This document shows positions 22,605 to 34,644 of a stretch of DNA of 64,000 nt, piece after piece. The stretch spans positions 108,087 to 172,086 of the forward strand of contig RDEW01000016.1 in assembly GCA_011109175.1 (NCBI GenBank). Reading direction: 5' to 3'. The stretch's first letter is position 1. Every line of letters starts with the position of its first letter. This stretch comes from Dicyema japonicum (taxonomy: Eukaryota; Animalia; Dicyemida). The notes beneath the pieces were generated by a model. That model did no database searches, was not told the DNA's origin, and saw only the letters and a list, made by a program, of their open reading frames with translations. The translations under genes and the position numbers were made by a program.

Positions 22605-23834
22605 CAGTGTTTCTTAACCTTTTTTGAACGGAGACCACTTTAGTCTGTTGAATTTTTATGGGGACCACATGTAACAGAACAATTCAATAAAAAAAAACGA
22701 ACAAAATTAAAAATCATAATATTTAAAGTTAGTGTGATTTTTATCCTGCTTTTCAGAAACTAGCTGTTCAATGTTTGGTACAATGTTGGTAAGTGCCATT
22801 CTCATATCCTCTGCACATCAAGTCGGTTGCGAACTTTACTTTTCAGAATAACAAGACATTGCCATTTCACATAAATAAGTGGTTGGAAAGGGAATTATCA
22901 CTTCCAGTGCATTTTTATTTAAGATTGGATATTCCAGAAATTCCATAATCGAAAGCGAATTAAATGTCAACTTGCAAAACTGCGAATTTCGTAATTCAAT
23001 CAACTGTTCTTGGAAATCAATTTCTTGCCCGTCGTAAATTAATTTATTGGTTTCCGGAATAAAAGGGTGTATTTCCAAGTCGCAATTGGTTCAGTAACTG
23101 GGAAATAATCTCCAATTTTATTTTCAAGATTTTCGAGATGATCAATAATCAAAGAAGAAAACTATTTTTCAGGTTCATTATCACCAATCTTATTTTCTAC
23201 CATCGGAAATATTGAAGCGTTGTAATTTCGTATTTTTCTCCTCCATAGTGACAATTTTTCTTTAAACGCAGATATTTTTTCCATAGCTTCAATGTTCATG
23301 TAGTTTCCCATTATGACGTCGCATATCATACACTGCGCTTTATCGACGTTGTCAGATCCAGTATATTGGGTAAATCCATATTGGACATAAGAATCAATCC
23401 ATTTGCGATTAACCATTATTATTATTATTATTATTACCCCAGGATCACTGGGTCAAAGAGAAAGAAATAAAAGTTCTCATCTAACTAAGTGATCCCAGAC
23501 CGACAAAGGTGAGGACGAGTCCGGCGGGGTCGAGAATCCTGAACAGCTCTTCTCATAGGACATGGCATCGGCTCACAATTTCTGTATGATTGTAGATAAT
23601 TCGATAGTATTTGGAATAGAGGGCAGCTCGGTAGAACAGCCTCCTTTAATAGTTTTCGTTGATTAACCATTACAATCAAATAACAAAAAAACACGTGGAT
23701 TAAAATTAATTAAATATTCTAATGCGAATAAATAATAAAAATTAAATAATTTTTTTAGTCATAAAAATTAATTGATCTGAAAATATTTCTGGGGACCACC
23801 TAAAATTTTCTGGGGACCACGTTAAGAAACACTG
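22605..23834 (-). mobile_element. Internally deleted hAT inserted in the Merlin left TIR
   Basis: TIRs cagtgtttcttaac / gttaagaaacactg; perfect TSD ctctaaat at 22597-22604 and 23835-23842; N-terminus MVNRKW..YGF..AQCMIC fused to C-terminus IPFPTTYLCE. Confidence 0.92.
23419..23660 (-). mobile_element. 5'-truncated non-LTR retroelement 3' end with (TAA)n tail
   Basis: 12-bp TSD gattaaccatta at 23407-23418 and 23661-23672; ORF ends ..SGIT* before the tail. Confidence 0.88.
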
Positions 23835-24482
23835 CTCTAAATGAATTAATGAAATTTTTTTTGAATATTAGATCTAAAAATAAAAAATGAACAATGTCGA
23901 ATTTGCAAATATTATTATAAATTTTTTTAAATAAAATTTTGAATTTTTTACCGGCATGTGGGGCTGAGTGATACAGTTGTAATTCGAATATATTCAAAAT
24001 CAAAAACTACGAACTACCACATTCTGAAATGCAGTCAGTTGCCTTCCATTAGGAGGTTGGAATCTTCCCGAAAGAAAAGAAATGCCTTAAAAGACATTTG
24101 ATGACCCTTTTCCATCAGCGTGAGAATACAACATGGGTGTGCGATAAAAGCGGGAGTCGAACTTATAGTTCTGTCATAAACGGTATGATAAGAGAGTACT
24201 TTATTTTTAGGTACGTGGCTTGAAAGCACGACAGTTTTGTTACAAACGTGTATTCGTTTCATATACAGCGATACAATTAAAAAACGGAACATTCATTTTC
24301 TCGAGTTTTTTCTATTGAATGATTATTTTTTTAACAAAAATTGAATTTAAAAAAAAACAAACTTAACTTTAGCCTTTTAAAAAAATTAAAACGCCCCATA
24401 TTTTGGTACGTAATTAAATCCAGTTTTTTCCGAACAAAATAAAAAAGAGAACAAAAAAATTCTTTATTTTTTCCAAAGTTTT

Positions 24483-25090
24483 TTGAACCCACTTTTATTT
24501 TATTACACGTGTTGTTTCTTGCTACATGGTTCTACAAGTTACATACCAAAAAAAGGACAAATTATTGCTTATTATAAAGTTGTAAAGTCACATCGACAAA
24601 TTCGAAATCTTACCGAAAGATCCCTCAGTGCTATCTCGAGAGTCATTAAAAACTTCACCATGAATGATTCCTTCGACAGAAAAAAGGCTCAGGGCGAAGA
24701 TTTTCCCATAACTCTGATGATCTCGAAATAATTGAAGATGAACAAAAAAGTGATGTTTATTTCAATTCTGTAAAATGTTCGGAAATTTTTACGTTATGAA
24801 GCGGGAACTGTTGTCAGATCACAGACAGTGAGGAACTACCTGAAAGACTGAATATATCGACGTTTCAGCCTACGAAAAGGCCATATCTATCGAAAAACCA
24901 CAAAACGACGAGACTTTCTTAGTGCACAAAGTGGAACATGTTACCAAATGTGTTCTGGAATTGAGTTATCTTTAATAGATGCGATCGTTAGATATTGTCT
25001 ACCGAACATCACAAGTGACTTATTTTTGTAATAATGACTTTTATTCGCTAAGGGAATGATTATAAGCATCTATATGAAGCCCATAACGGT
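24483..25090 (+). mobile_element. Tc1/mariner-like transposase remnant inside the Merlin
   Basis: KGQIIAYY..SHRQI..RSLSAISRVIK..RKK resembles a Tc1 N-terminal HTH; downstream frames are broken. Confidence 0.5.
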
Positions 25091-25277
25091 TTCTTCTTAG
25101 GTAGGGGGTCGTTAATAGCTCAGTTTTGACTTTGGCGGTATCGTTTTAACACCACTAAGTCGTAAAGATTTAGCAACTTATTTAAAAAAATTTATAATAA
25201 TATTTACAAATTCGCATCGTTCAATTTTTTTAATTTTTTCATTAATTCATTTAAAAAATTCATTAATTCGTTTAGAG

Positions 25278-25515
25278 CAATGGTTCTCAACCTGGGGTCC
25301 GCGAGATACTTCTGAACCTTTATTTATCCGAGTATGTTTGTCGACAACCTAGCCTCAAATTGAAAAAATTGCCTCAAAAAACAACATCAACCTATTCATT
25401 AATTTTATTTCCTTTTTTAATAACAAATTGTGTTTTTAGAAAAGTAATAATTTTTTGACAAAATCTTGCAAAAGTATGTTGGGGGTCCGCGACCAAAAAA
25501 GGTTGAGAACCACTG
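25278..25515. mobile_element. 238-bp hAT MITE inserted in the Merlin right TIR
   Basis: TIRs caatggttctcaacct / aggttgagaaccactg; TSD gtttagag (25270-25277) / atttagag (25516-25523). Confidence 0.92.
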
Positions 25516-26858
25516 ATTTAGAGCCTTTTTTCGTGAAGCATGTATTGCAAAAGTACCTATTTTCTTTGCTCAAACAGTTGCTCGGAACAACAAAGGGATA
25601 TGACATTTTCAATATTATAAATTCATATTTTGAGAATATAAAGTTGGATTGGAATGTATGTGTGGGTATCTGCATTGATGATGCTCCAGCAATGACTGGG
25701 CAATTTAAAGGCTTTGTTTCTATTGCGAAAAATAAGAATCTGAACATTATTCACACCCATTGTTTCCTTAATCGCAAGGCATTGGTCGCAAAAACTATCG
25801 GGAATGAACTTAAATGTACTTTGGACAAAATAATTACATAAAAATGAGGCGGAAATTGTGACAGTTCTCGAAACTTCGTGAAAATGTAGAACATTCAGTT
25901 TTGATTTTGCACAGTGAAATAAGATGGCTCTTAAAGGGAACCATGTTAATTCGTTTCTATAAACTAAGACACGAATTGTTGGCTTTTTGTATACAAGAGA
26001 AGTTGGATGACTTTATTGAATGCCTCAATGGTGAATGTTGGTGTGCAAATTAGCATAGCTGGCCGATATTTTTAATAAACTCAATGTTCTCAATAGCAGC
26101 GTGCAAGGAAGAAATGAAAATCTATAGAGTTGGGCGGACAAAATAGCTGCTTTTCTGAAAAAAACTACGAATATAGAAGCGACAAATCACGAATGGAACC
26201 TTGGAAATGTTTCCTTATGTGCATGAAAGAAATTGTTCCACAAATTGTAGACAATTTGGAGTCACTATTTACATGTACGAATAATTGTTTTCCACCCATA
26301 TCAGTTGAACTCTATGATTGGGTGAGGAATCCTTTTGCTGAGTACGAGAATCATTAAAGAAGAAGAATTGCGTTTGGTTCAAGTGACATAACGTTAAATG
26401 GAATATTGATTTATTTTGACTGATTGTCAAAAAAATATCCTATTCTGCCAAACAAAGCTTTAAGAGTTTTGGTTTAGTTTTCAACGACTTATCTCTGTGA
26501 AAGTGAATTTTTTGCATTAACAAATAAAAAAGAATAAAAAAGCGCAAATCTACTGTTTGTGGAAAAAGACCAGCGTTTATCGCTTTCAAGGAGAAGGCCA
26601 AATATTACAGAACTATGCAAGAGACATCAGCTTCAACCATCTCACTAACTACCATTTTACTTTTTTATATTTGTAAAAAACTGATAATTGTTAAAAACTA
26701 TATAAAGGTTCCGTATAAATGAATAATGTCGATAGGGTTCCGTGCTCTCAAAAAGGTTGGGAACCACTGCTTTAACAGATCAGTCTGTCTCCACTTAAAT
26801 TAAAAAATAATAAAAACAATATCTATTAAAATTTAATCAAATATACAATTACATGTAA

Positions 26859-29800
26859 TTACACATGTCCAGTGAATTTATGAAATTCAACAAAATCACT
26901 GTGAATAGCTTTCAAGAGGCACTTGTTAGAATCGTCTTCGACATTCAAAATCATTCTAAGGTACTTGGGACCACAAAGTTGCATAAGTTGGTATATTACT
27001 CTCGTCAAAATATCCTTAATACAAGTAGACAGTTCACTACTCATATACTTTACAATGATACTGACGACGTCCAAGGCAATACGGCTTTTAAAGTTATCCA
27101 GATGTGATACAACTCTACCATTAGCGACACCTTACCTGGCAAACAACTCCGCTGAAGTGAGGGGGTCAGAAGATGACTTGGACGAATAAACCATCAAGTA
27201 TTGGAGTAGTTCAGATATAATCAAAAAAATAGTCGACTTGAATCTATCAAAGTGGGAATAATGGCGTAGCAATATAACATTTAGGAGACGGCAATAACCG
27301 TCGAAAACATCAAAGCCATCTTCGAGTGGAATGGGGGTAAAAAGCTTAAAAACCAACTCCATCTGAGAAACGTCAAAAACAGGGACCTGCAGTAAAAAAT
27401 AATCCTAACGTTCTTTAGCTGCATCATGTAAGCAACCATGTTAAGACAAGATAAAAATGGGAGACGATCGGCCTTACTTTTCTGAGTGATCACATTATCC
27501 CCCAATTTCTGGATAATCTAAAATTCAAAAAACTAAGAGAACGATAAAGAAGTCCTCCATTAGAATACGACGCAAGTAGGGAGACAGATCGGTCTCAAAT
27601 AGTAGCGCTAACACAGAACATGCACCTGAATGTATGTGAGGGTCATTCTAGAATAAAATGCCAAAAAACCAGCTTATCCAAAACAAATGAAACAAACCCC
27701 CCATAGGAGAATTTATTCAGAGTTCGAACATACAACTTAAGGACAGGCAAAATGAACTGATCTCTCATCAAAGGGAAAGAAAAATAGTACTCCCCCATTA
27801 AATTTTGCCTGCGAGAGAGAAGGGAGAAAAATTCAGTTAGGCAGAAATACAGCCAATTTTGATCTGACAGAGAGACTCTTGAGTTTATCAAGTCACGACA
27901 GTCCCCCATCGCTTTGAGCCACAGAACCAATCGTCCCAGCTTATCTTCGTTAATCTGAAATTAAAAATAGTCAAACAACCTCAGAATAATAAATAGCAGA
28001 GTGATACTTGAAATACTCATAGTAAGCGTGTATCATTCGTCTCAGGGAGGGGGTGACCTTTTTCGTTGAGTTGGAAATATTCATCAAGCAGAGGACAAGG
28101 TCCAACAGTTCGGGATATTCAAACAAATCGTCTTTCCTCACAGATAGCTCATGCACAACATCCCCAACGACGGTGGAAATTATCTTGTAATCGGTCGAAA
28201 ACTCGGGAAATAAAGTCTCATCAACTTTTACGACTAAATTGTTAAGAATAAGCACATTATGAAAGAATCCCAGAAAGAACGAAGCGAGTTGAAAGAGGAC
28301 CTTGAATTCATCAGCATCTTGCAGGGGAGAAGCATTCGATAACTTTAGGAGGAGCTAAAATTACTAGAAATTTACTTTATTAACAAAGTTAGGAATCCAC
28401 CCAGGTAAGCTTTCAGAAGATTTTAGCCGCAACATTGATAAGGTTTTGGGCAGTAAAAGATGATCCTTGAGGACCTTCTTGAAAAATAAGGAATTTGAAA
28501 ATATCAAGGCTGGGGTAAAGTTTTGTTGATCAACAGACATAAATTCACTCAAAAGGGAGTCAAAACTGCCTTGGCACTCCAACAAGGGGACCTTTTTACT
28601 ATTAATGAAGATTTGACAAATCACTGACACGAGTGAATTTCTCCTAATATCCGCTAGCACTTTAACAGGCAAAGAAGAGACAACCTAAAATACAGGAACT
28701 GTGGTACAAATAGAAATTTTTCATAATTCAGAGCTCTCCCGTTTAGTTTATAAATGTCGTTTCCACCAGACAAGTACATTTCAGCCAACAAATCCCCACC
28801 ACAACTGCGCTTAGTTGAACTAAAAAATAATGACAACGTCAACTTTTTGTAGAGTATTAGTACTTCATTCAGCGAAGACACAACAAAATGGTCCCAAAGA
28901 CAGCTCAGTTCTGAAAAGTGAGAAGAACTCAGAAAGTTGGCGACACGACATTGACCCTGAATATTCAACAGATGCACGGAATTTATGGAAAAGGCCCGAA
29001 TTCTCTCAGAATCCAAGAAGTTTATAGCCAAGAGTACATTTTCTATGAGGAATATGGCAAAAGTCTTGGAATTCGTCTAATAGTCACAAATTTGGTAGTA
29101 CGTTTTCACGCAAATAATCATAGCATTCAACAATTTTTGAGGACAAATCACCCGAATCCACGCTAGAACGCATCCCAGGAGGGGAAAGGGCGACAGAAGA
29201 CAGAAATTTTACTTTGTGGGAGATTAGTGAGCACTAAATCAAAGACTGGAAGTACAATATGTTCAGAAGAACTATTTCTCGAGATGAAGTCGTTGGCAAC
29301 ACACGATGTCTCATCAGAACAAAAAGTGAAGAACATGGACATGTCAAATAATGACCAGGAATTAAAATTCCCGGGAAAAGAAGAGTCGAATTTACTTGTC
29401 TCGGAAATAAACCGTATAACTGAATCCACCAATAGAAGTAGTCCACCATTAAGCCTCGTCCAAAGCATTCTAAACTCACAATTAACCAAACATTTGACAG
29501 AAAATCCAAAATCGTAGAGAATATTTTAAACAACTCAGATTTTCGCTGAGATTCCAGGAAATCTGAATACCATGCATCACTGTGGCCTAGCAGATAAGTC
29601 AAAAACTGTAAGAGCCCAACAGATTTTTCTAATTTGAATCAAAATATGCAACCAGGTTTAGTTCGAAGACGGCTATTTATATTTTCAACAATTTTCACCA
29701 AAAACTGATAAAACACTCCAAAAGTCATACAAGCAACGCATTTGTTGATAAATCTAATTTTAATAAAAATTAAAAAAATATTTAAAAAATAAAAAAAAAT

Positions 29801-30871
29801 AATAACAAAAATACTTTTCAACGGAAACCCACGAGAATGTGAGACCTGTCTTGTAGAGAACATCGATGATTCTCTCAACAAACTTTGTACTCATTCTGGA
29901 ATGACAAGCACTTTCGGTTAATTTTGAGAAAAGTTCGTTGGAAGAATTCTAAAATATCTCCAAATTCTACCAGAAAGCACTGTTTTATGACGACACTAAG
30001 AAATGGCTCAACCAGGAACCAGTCAATACGAGACAGGATCACTAGACATTCTAGAAACGATTCACTAAAATGTAATTTCACTAAAAATACTGTTCTATGC
30101 AATTTGAAGTGGTCCTCACTACAGCAGTCACCCCAGACTTAAATTCGTCATCAAATCCCCACAAATCGCTGACATCCAGCAATGAGAGTGTTTCGACGAA
30201 GAAAAGCAAGTCATTTCCAACCTCAGCAGATAATTTGGAAGTTCGCACTGCGGAGAAAAACATCAGAGAGAAGTATCTGTAAATTTCCCTTCTGACGTCC
30301 TCGACTGAAATGTCCTTATATCTAAGAATAACTCAGAGAGGCAACAGAGCGAAATTTGAACTCTTTAAGAGTACAGTGAACACAGAACGGCAGAGTTTGA
30401 CAAATAAACTGGAACCATCGGACAGGAAATCAGAGATATTTTTGAACACTAGGTAAGCTGGGTACCAAGGATCCCTGATATCCAGAGCCTGACCTGAGTC
30501 TCTAACAAAATTTAGATATCCTTTCATCAGAATTCTGTGATTAAACTAACAAGAACCTGTCTGATACAATAGTGGCTAATATTTCGTCCACAAGAACGCA
30601 TAATTGAGCAAAGTTGGGGAGGTCCACAGTTCTGGTAGAATGTAGAGTCTTATATAAGTCAAAGACAGCCTCAATAATCTAGGAATAGCGAATATTGTAA
30701 AATACAGGGATCTGACCGATCGCATGCTTCCACTGAAAGCGAATAACGTCAGTGAGGAATCGTAGAACGTCAGAATCTGAGGAAAAGTCGGTTCCGCTTG
30801 GGAAAATGGAAGAAAGTCTCAAAAACCGAAGCTACCATAAAAATTCAAATTACAATCATTTGTTGGTCCAT
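26859..30871 (-). CDS. Large multi-exon helical protein, URB2 (Urb2/Npa2)-like ribosome biogenesis factor
   Basis: Continuous chain of leucine-rich minus-strand exons with micro-introns from ATG 30871. The C-terminus VIYQLMQLC..LLKAIHSDFVEFHKFTGHV* resembles the Urb2 C-terminal domain (IYxLLDxC...LYxDYxKYxKYxGKV). Assigned by eye only. Confidence 0.6.
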
Positions 30872-31099
30872 TTTTAGTAGTATGTTTAGTTTGGACTTAA
30901 ATTCAGTTTCCCCCAGCTGATTTAAGTCACGTGGGGAGTAATAGGATTTAATATATTCGTATAAAATCTGAGATTATGTTTATTAAAACTCACATTAAAT
31001 TCTTGACTTTGCTGTCTGTTGTCAATTTCAAGAAAATTGACTGCATTCATATCACTAAAAATCGCACGTTAATTTTTAAATTTAAGTTTAAAATTTAAA

Positions 31100-32575
31100 T
31101 AATTTTTACAGGGTTTTCCTATTTATTTAATAACTTTGTCATAAAATTTAATAACTTTGTCAAAAAATTTAATAACTATGGGGGAGAGCGGCTGCTGACA
31201 TCACGGAGTAAGCGTTTCCGCGAATAACAGCGATACCAATTCTTTGCCTCAGCCAGACCGCTTCCCGCACGTCTTTCTTGCGGTGGGCCAATTTTCCCCC
31301 GATTTCCTTTAGGAAAGAGGCTGTAATACTTCCAGCCGCACCAGACGTCTCGATTGCTATCGGTACAAAACGGTAGCGGTCTCCAATTTCGCCATATTTT
31401 TTTTAATCTTGATTTTTTCGGCCAGATCGGCTGCCGATCCAGCAGACTGCGCCGAGCTGAGCATCATCGAGTTCGAGAAAGAATCCACAACAGTGCAGTC
31501 CCATACGAGCGATTTTCCCTCAGTGAACGGAAAGACAGTTAACCCATCCGGTCTTTTCCCATCTCCGCGGTCCAATCCCACAGGTTCCAATACTGCCGGG
31601 AAGCCTGCCGCTTCAAGAGCTCGCAAGACAATGTTGTAACGTTGACACTTTGACACACAATTTGTTTAGAGCTGGAATGGTTGAAGAAATATCCTGATAT
31701 ACGTTCTCCCATGGGCCAGCTTTGTGGAGTCGTCCAAATATCACAGGTTGAGTTCACAATTTATGCTTCGTGCCACTGTGTCAATTGTCATCGCAAAAAG
31801 CAAATGCCCTAAAGAATCTCCCTGCTGAACGCCTGTGCGTGAATAAACGATATCGTTTCCGTAAAATAAGGCTGAGTCCGTCCAATCTCTGGAGCTCTCT
31901 TCCAACAGGTTTCCAAAATACAGTCTCTCCTCAGCGAGTTGTAGGCATTTGATATATCAAGCTTCAGGCCTAGCCTTTGAATCTGAGAATTATTGTTGTT
32001 GAAGTAACTCCTCGCGGCTTGGACTGCTGCCTCGCAACGGCCGGTCACTCCCACCCCAAGTTGAGTCGGAAACAGCTCTTCAGCAACAATGTGGGAGACT
32101 CTCCGGGCAGTGATATTAGCAGCAAGCCTTCGAAAGTATGTACCGATCGCAATTGGGCGGACACCTCCATCTCCTTTTTCGGAATGCCAATAGATTTCCA
32201 CAAAAAAGAAGATCTCTAGCAAATTTTGGAATATCATCATTAACTATTCGAGTGAGTAGCAAGGTGATAGACGTTAACACGGCAGGCTTCAGCAGTAGCT
32301 TCAGAGGTTAAGTCCTTTATATGGCTTGTGCACAGTCCGTCCAGACCTTTGCAGCTACTGGGAGCAATAGACTTTATTCCACACACTACTTCAAATTCTG
32401 TGGGAGGTCTTCTGGCATTGTCAAGTTCCGCTGGTTCAGTGGTGGAGCAAGGTGCTTCCTTCTCAATAACTCCAAGACTTCACGGCGCTTCGTCACAAAC
32501 ACCTCTCTTACAGCTGCGCGAACGTCCCCTTCCATCAGTTTTCGGTTCACTTTCTCTCGATTTATTTATAAATAA
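31100..32575 (-). mobile_element. CRE-clade non-LTR retrotransposon (RT plus restriction-like endonuclease), internally deleted and decayed
   Basis: GGVRPIAIG..QLGVG..LKLDISNAYNSL; QQGDSLG..YLDD (~31729-31740); KRPDGLTVFPFTEGKSLVWDCTVVD (PD..D REL); terminal RQRIGIAVIRGNA. Confidence 0.85.
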
Positions 32576-32727
32576 AATAGTAATATTGAGGTTAAACATA
32601 TCATTAATATGCATTTAAGCTGACAGGTCAAGCTAACAACCTAATGAAATTTTACGCATCTAAAGTCACGAGGACTTCTCGAAACTCATTCTTGTCACCT
32701 GCGGAATTTAATGCTTAAACCATCTTC

Positions 32728-33125
32728 GTGGATCGATTTATTTACGCATGCCGAGGTCACACAAGCTATAGATCGATGAAGAGATCTTATACGAGTGGTC
32801 CTGACGATATTCCGGGAATTTGGCTAAAACACCTTGGTAATATTGCAATCAATTCGATTACGTCAATTTTTAATTTGTCTTCTAACAAAAACATCATCCC
32901 ATGCAAATGGAAGAACTCAGTTATAGTACCCCTCTTAAAACCAGGAAAACCGAAAACCGTACCTTCTTCCTACCGTCCAATTTTATTGACGTGCGCATCA
33001 CCGCGCCTAATGGAGAAACTCGTACTCTGGAAAATTAAACCCCATTTGCCCGATTGCCACTTTCAACATAGTTTTAAATGTGAGGGTTCAACTACGACAC
33101 ATTTCCTAACACAGAAATTGGTACG
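32728..33125 (+). mobile_element. APE-type LINE RT N-terminal fragment
   Basis: SGPDDIPGIWLKHL..WKNSVIVPLLKPGKP..SYRPILL..LMEKLV..FQHSF. Confidence 0.85.
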
Positions 33126-33270
33126 TCTAACGAATCTACCTGTCGATCTTTTTCCCCAATGCTTGACCACCCCTCAATCGAAAACAACGGTTCTGGTTTC
33201 ATCGGTCTTTGTGGTCACAAAACATGTCGTTTCTTCCATTCAAGACTAAAAGCCTCAAATACACGTAAAT

Positions 33271-33460
33271 TTAAAAAAAATCCACCCCTCTTCAAAATCT
33301 AATGAAAGGTGATCATCGTCGGTGCAGGAAAGCCGTAGGTACTCTGGAGGAACATAAGAAAAACCTCTCGATCCTTTTGAGGTGTACCGAGATCACTTAA
33401 TTAGTTGGTTTACTCCTTCTTTCTTGGTGTTTCCCTTTCGGGGGTATTAAATAAAAAAAT
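33271..33460 (+). mobile_element. Second copy of the ~200-bp retroposon at 20233-20436
   Basis: Same start (ttaaaaaaaa..ctcttcaaa.tctaatgaa), body (tactctggaggaacataagaaaa) and end (ggggt.attaaataaa). Confidence 0.8.
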
Positions 33461-34644
33461 AAATAATTTATCGTCTCATAACCTTCTTCATCCATGTCTC
33501 TGTTCTGTTCATAGCGGGATTCTATTTCACAGCATTGGTGCGTCTAAGTTGATTTCGTATACCCCTTGTCACCTGAGTTTTTTATTTCTTTATTGACTCT
33601 AGAAGACAAGATGTTGTATCAATTTTTGAAAAGATACCTTTTTATGAGTAGAGATATATCTCCTATCTTCTGACCAATTACTTATTTGATTAGCTGACCC
33701 CATAGACACGTTCAACCCTTCACTACTGGGAATGAAACCAATACTGATAGAGACAATCATTATCACCTTCCTTGAGGTGAGTTAAAAAAATTACTGAAAA
33801 TCAATTATTTACCCTTATTAATAAAATAGTGACTTCCCCCATTTATTTACAATGATTAAAGTCTGGCTAGACAATTGACCCGTCATCAGTGAACATCTCA
33901 CTGTGGAACTGGATCATCTATACAGGACTCTCACCAACAAAAAGAAAAAAGAAGAAAAGAGCATTCATTGGTTCTCCCTCTACGATTTGATAGCATAACT
34001 GTTCTTTGCCTAAAATAAATTGAGTCCTGCCTTGGAAGAGCAATAGCTAATATGGCTCTGCATAAAGTGCAATATTATTACAGTCAAGACGGCCCGGTCA
34101 GAATCTAATCTTGCAGCTGTCCATTCTGTTTAAGGTTTCATGCATCAACAATGCCAACTCGTTTGACGGTGACGCCGTCATTAGTCACATATCACTGCGG
34201 AATCAGATTGTCTAATAGAACTCTCACACCGCCAAATTAAAAAATAGTTAATGACTCTTAGCATAACTGTTTTAATTTTTATCTGTGTGTCCCCAATTTT
34301 ATTTATTCAAAAAACCGTAAGATCACCAAGGCAGGTGTCAAAACCAACAAATTAAGTAACCCCAGCTTCAAATAATTTTCGTACTCTCCTTTAGTGGCCG
34401 CCAGCGATCCACAATCTTGAGAAAGTGTTTCCTCTAACTTCTCATAAGAACTCGATCAGTCGCCCAATGTAGAGACCATTACTTAACATTTCCACACCCA
34501 CAGTATTGAGATTATTTACTTAAAATACTGCACCCCCAACGGGGAGGTTAAATACCTAACAATATTACACCACCGTAAAAGAGTGGTTTTATTATAATTA
34601 AAGTCAATAAATTCAAAAATAAATAAAAACATAATTAAATCTAT

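Larger units (their letters stand above)
22563..25557 (+). mobile_element. Merlin (IS1595/ISXO2-like) non-autonomous element with long TIRs and 8-bp TSD
   Basis: TIRs begin GG: ggt(t/a)ctttt(t/g)caa(c/t)acatgcttcacgaaaaaaggctctaaa. TSD gattttct (22555-22562) / tattttct (25558-25565). N-terminal zinc-finger remnant ELPHSE..VAF..GIFPKEKKCLKRH.M..WVC at ~24005-24190. Confidence 0.75.
22317..26769 (+). mobile_element. hAT transposon remnant (outer element of the nest), split by the Merlin insertion
   Basis: NRRIKDMADD..FALQVDESSD..FRY (22317-22562) continues at 25558 with TKGYDIF..CIDDAPAMTG..IHTHCFLNR..LHSEIRWL..WVRNPF..FSTTYLCES; right TIR aggttgggaaccactg ends at 26769. Confidence 0.85.

Noticed and set aside
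28830-30282. Plus-strand ORFs within the URB2-like gene
   Set aside because: Antisense shadows with no motifs.
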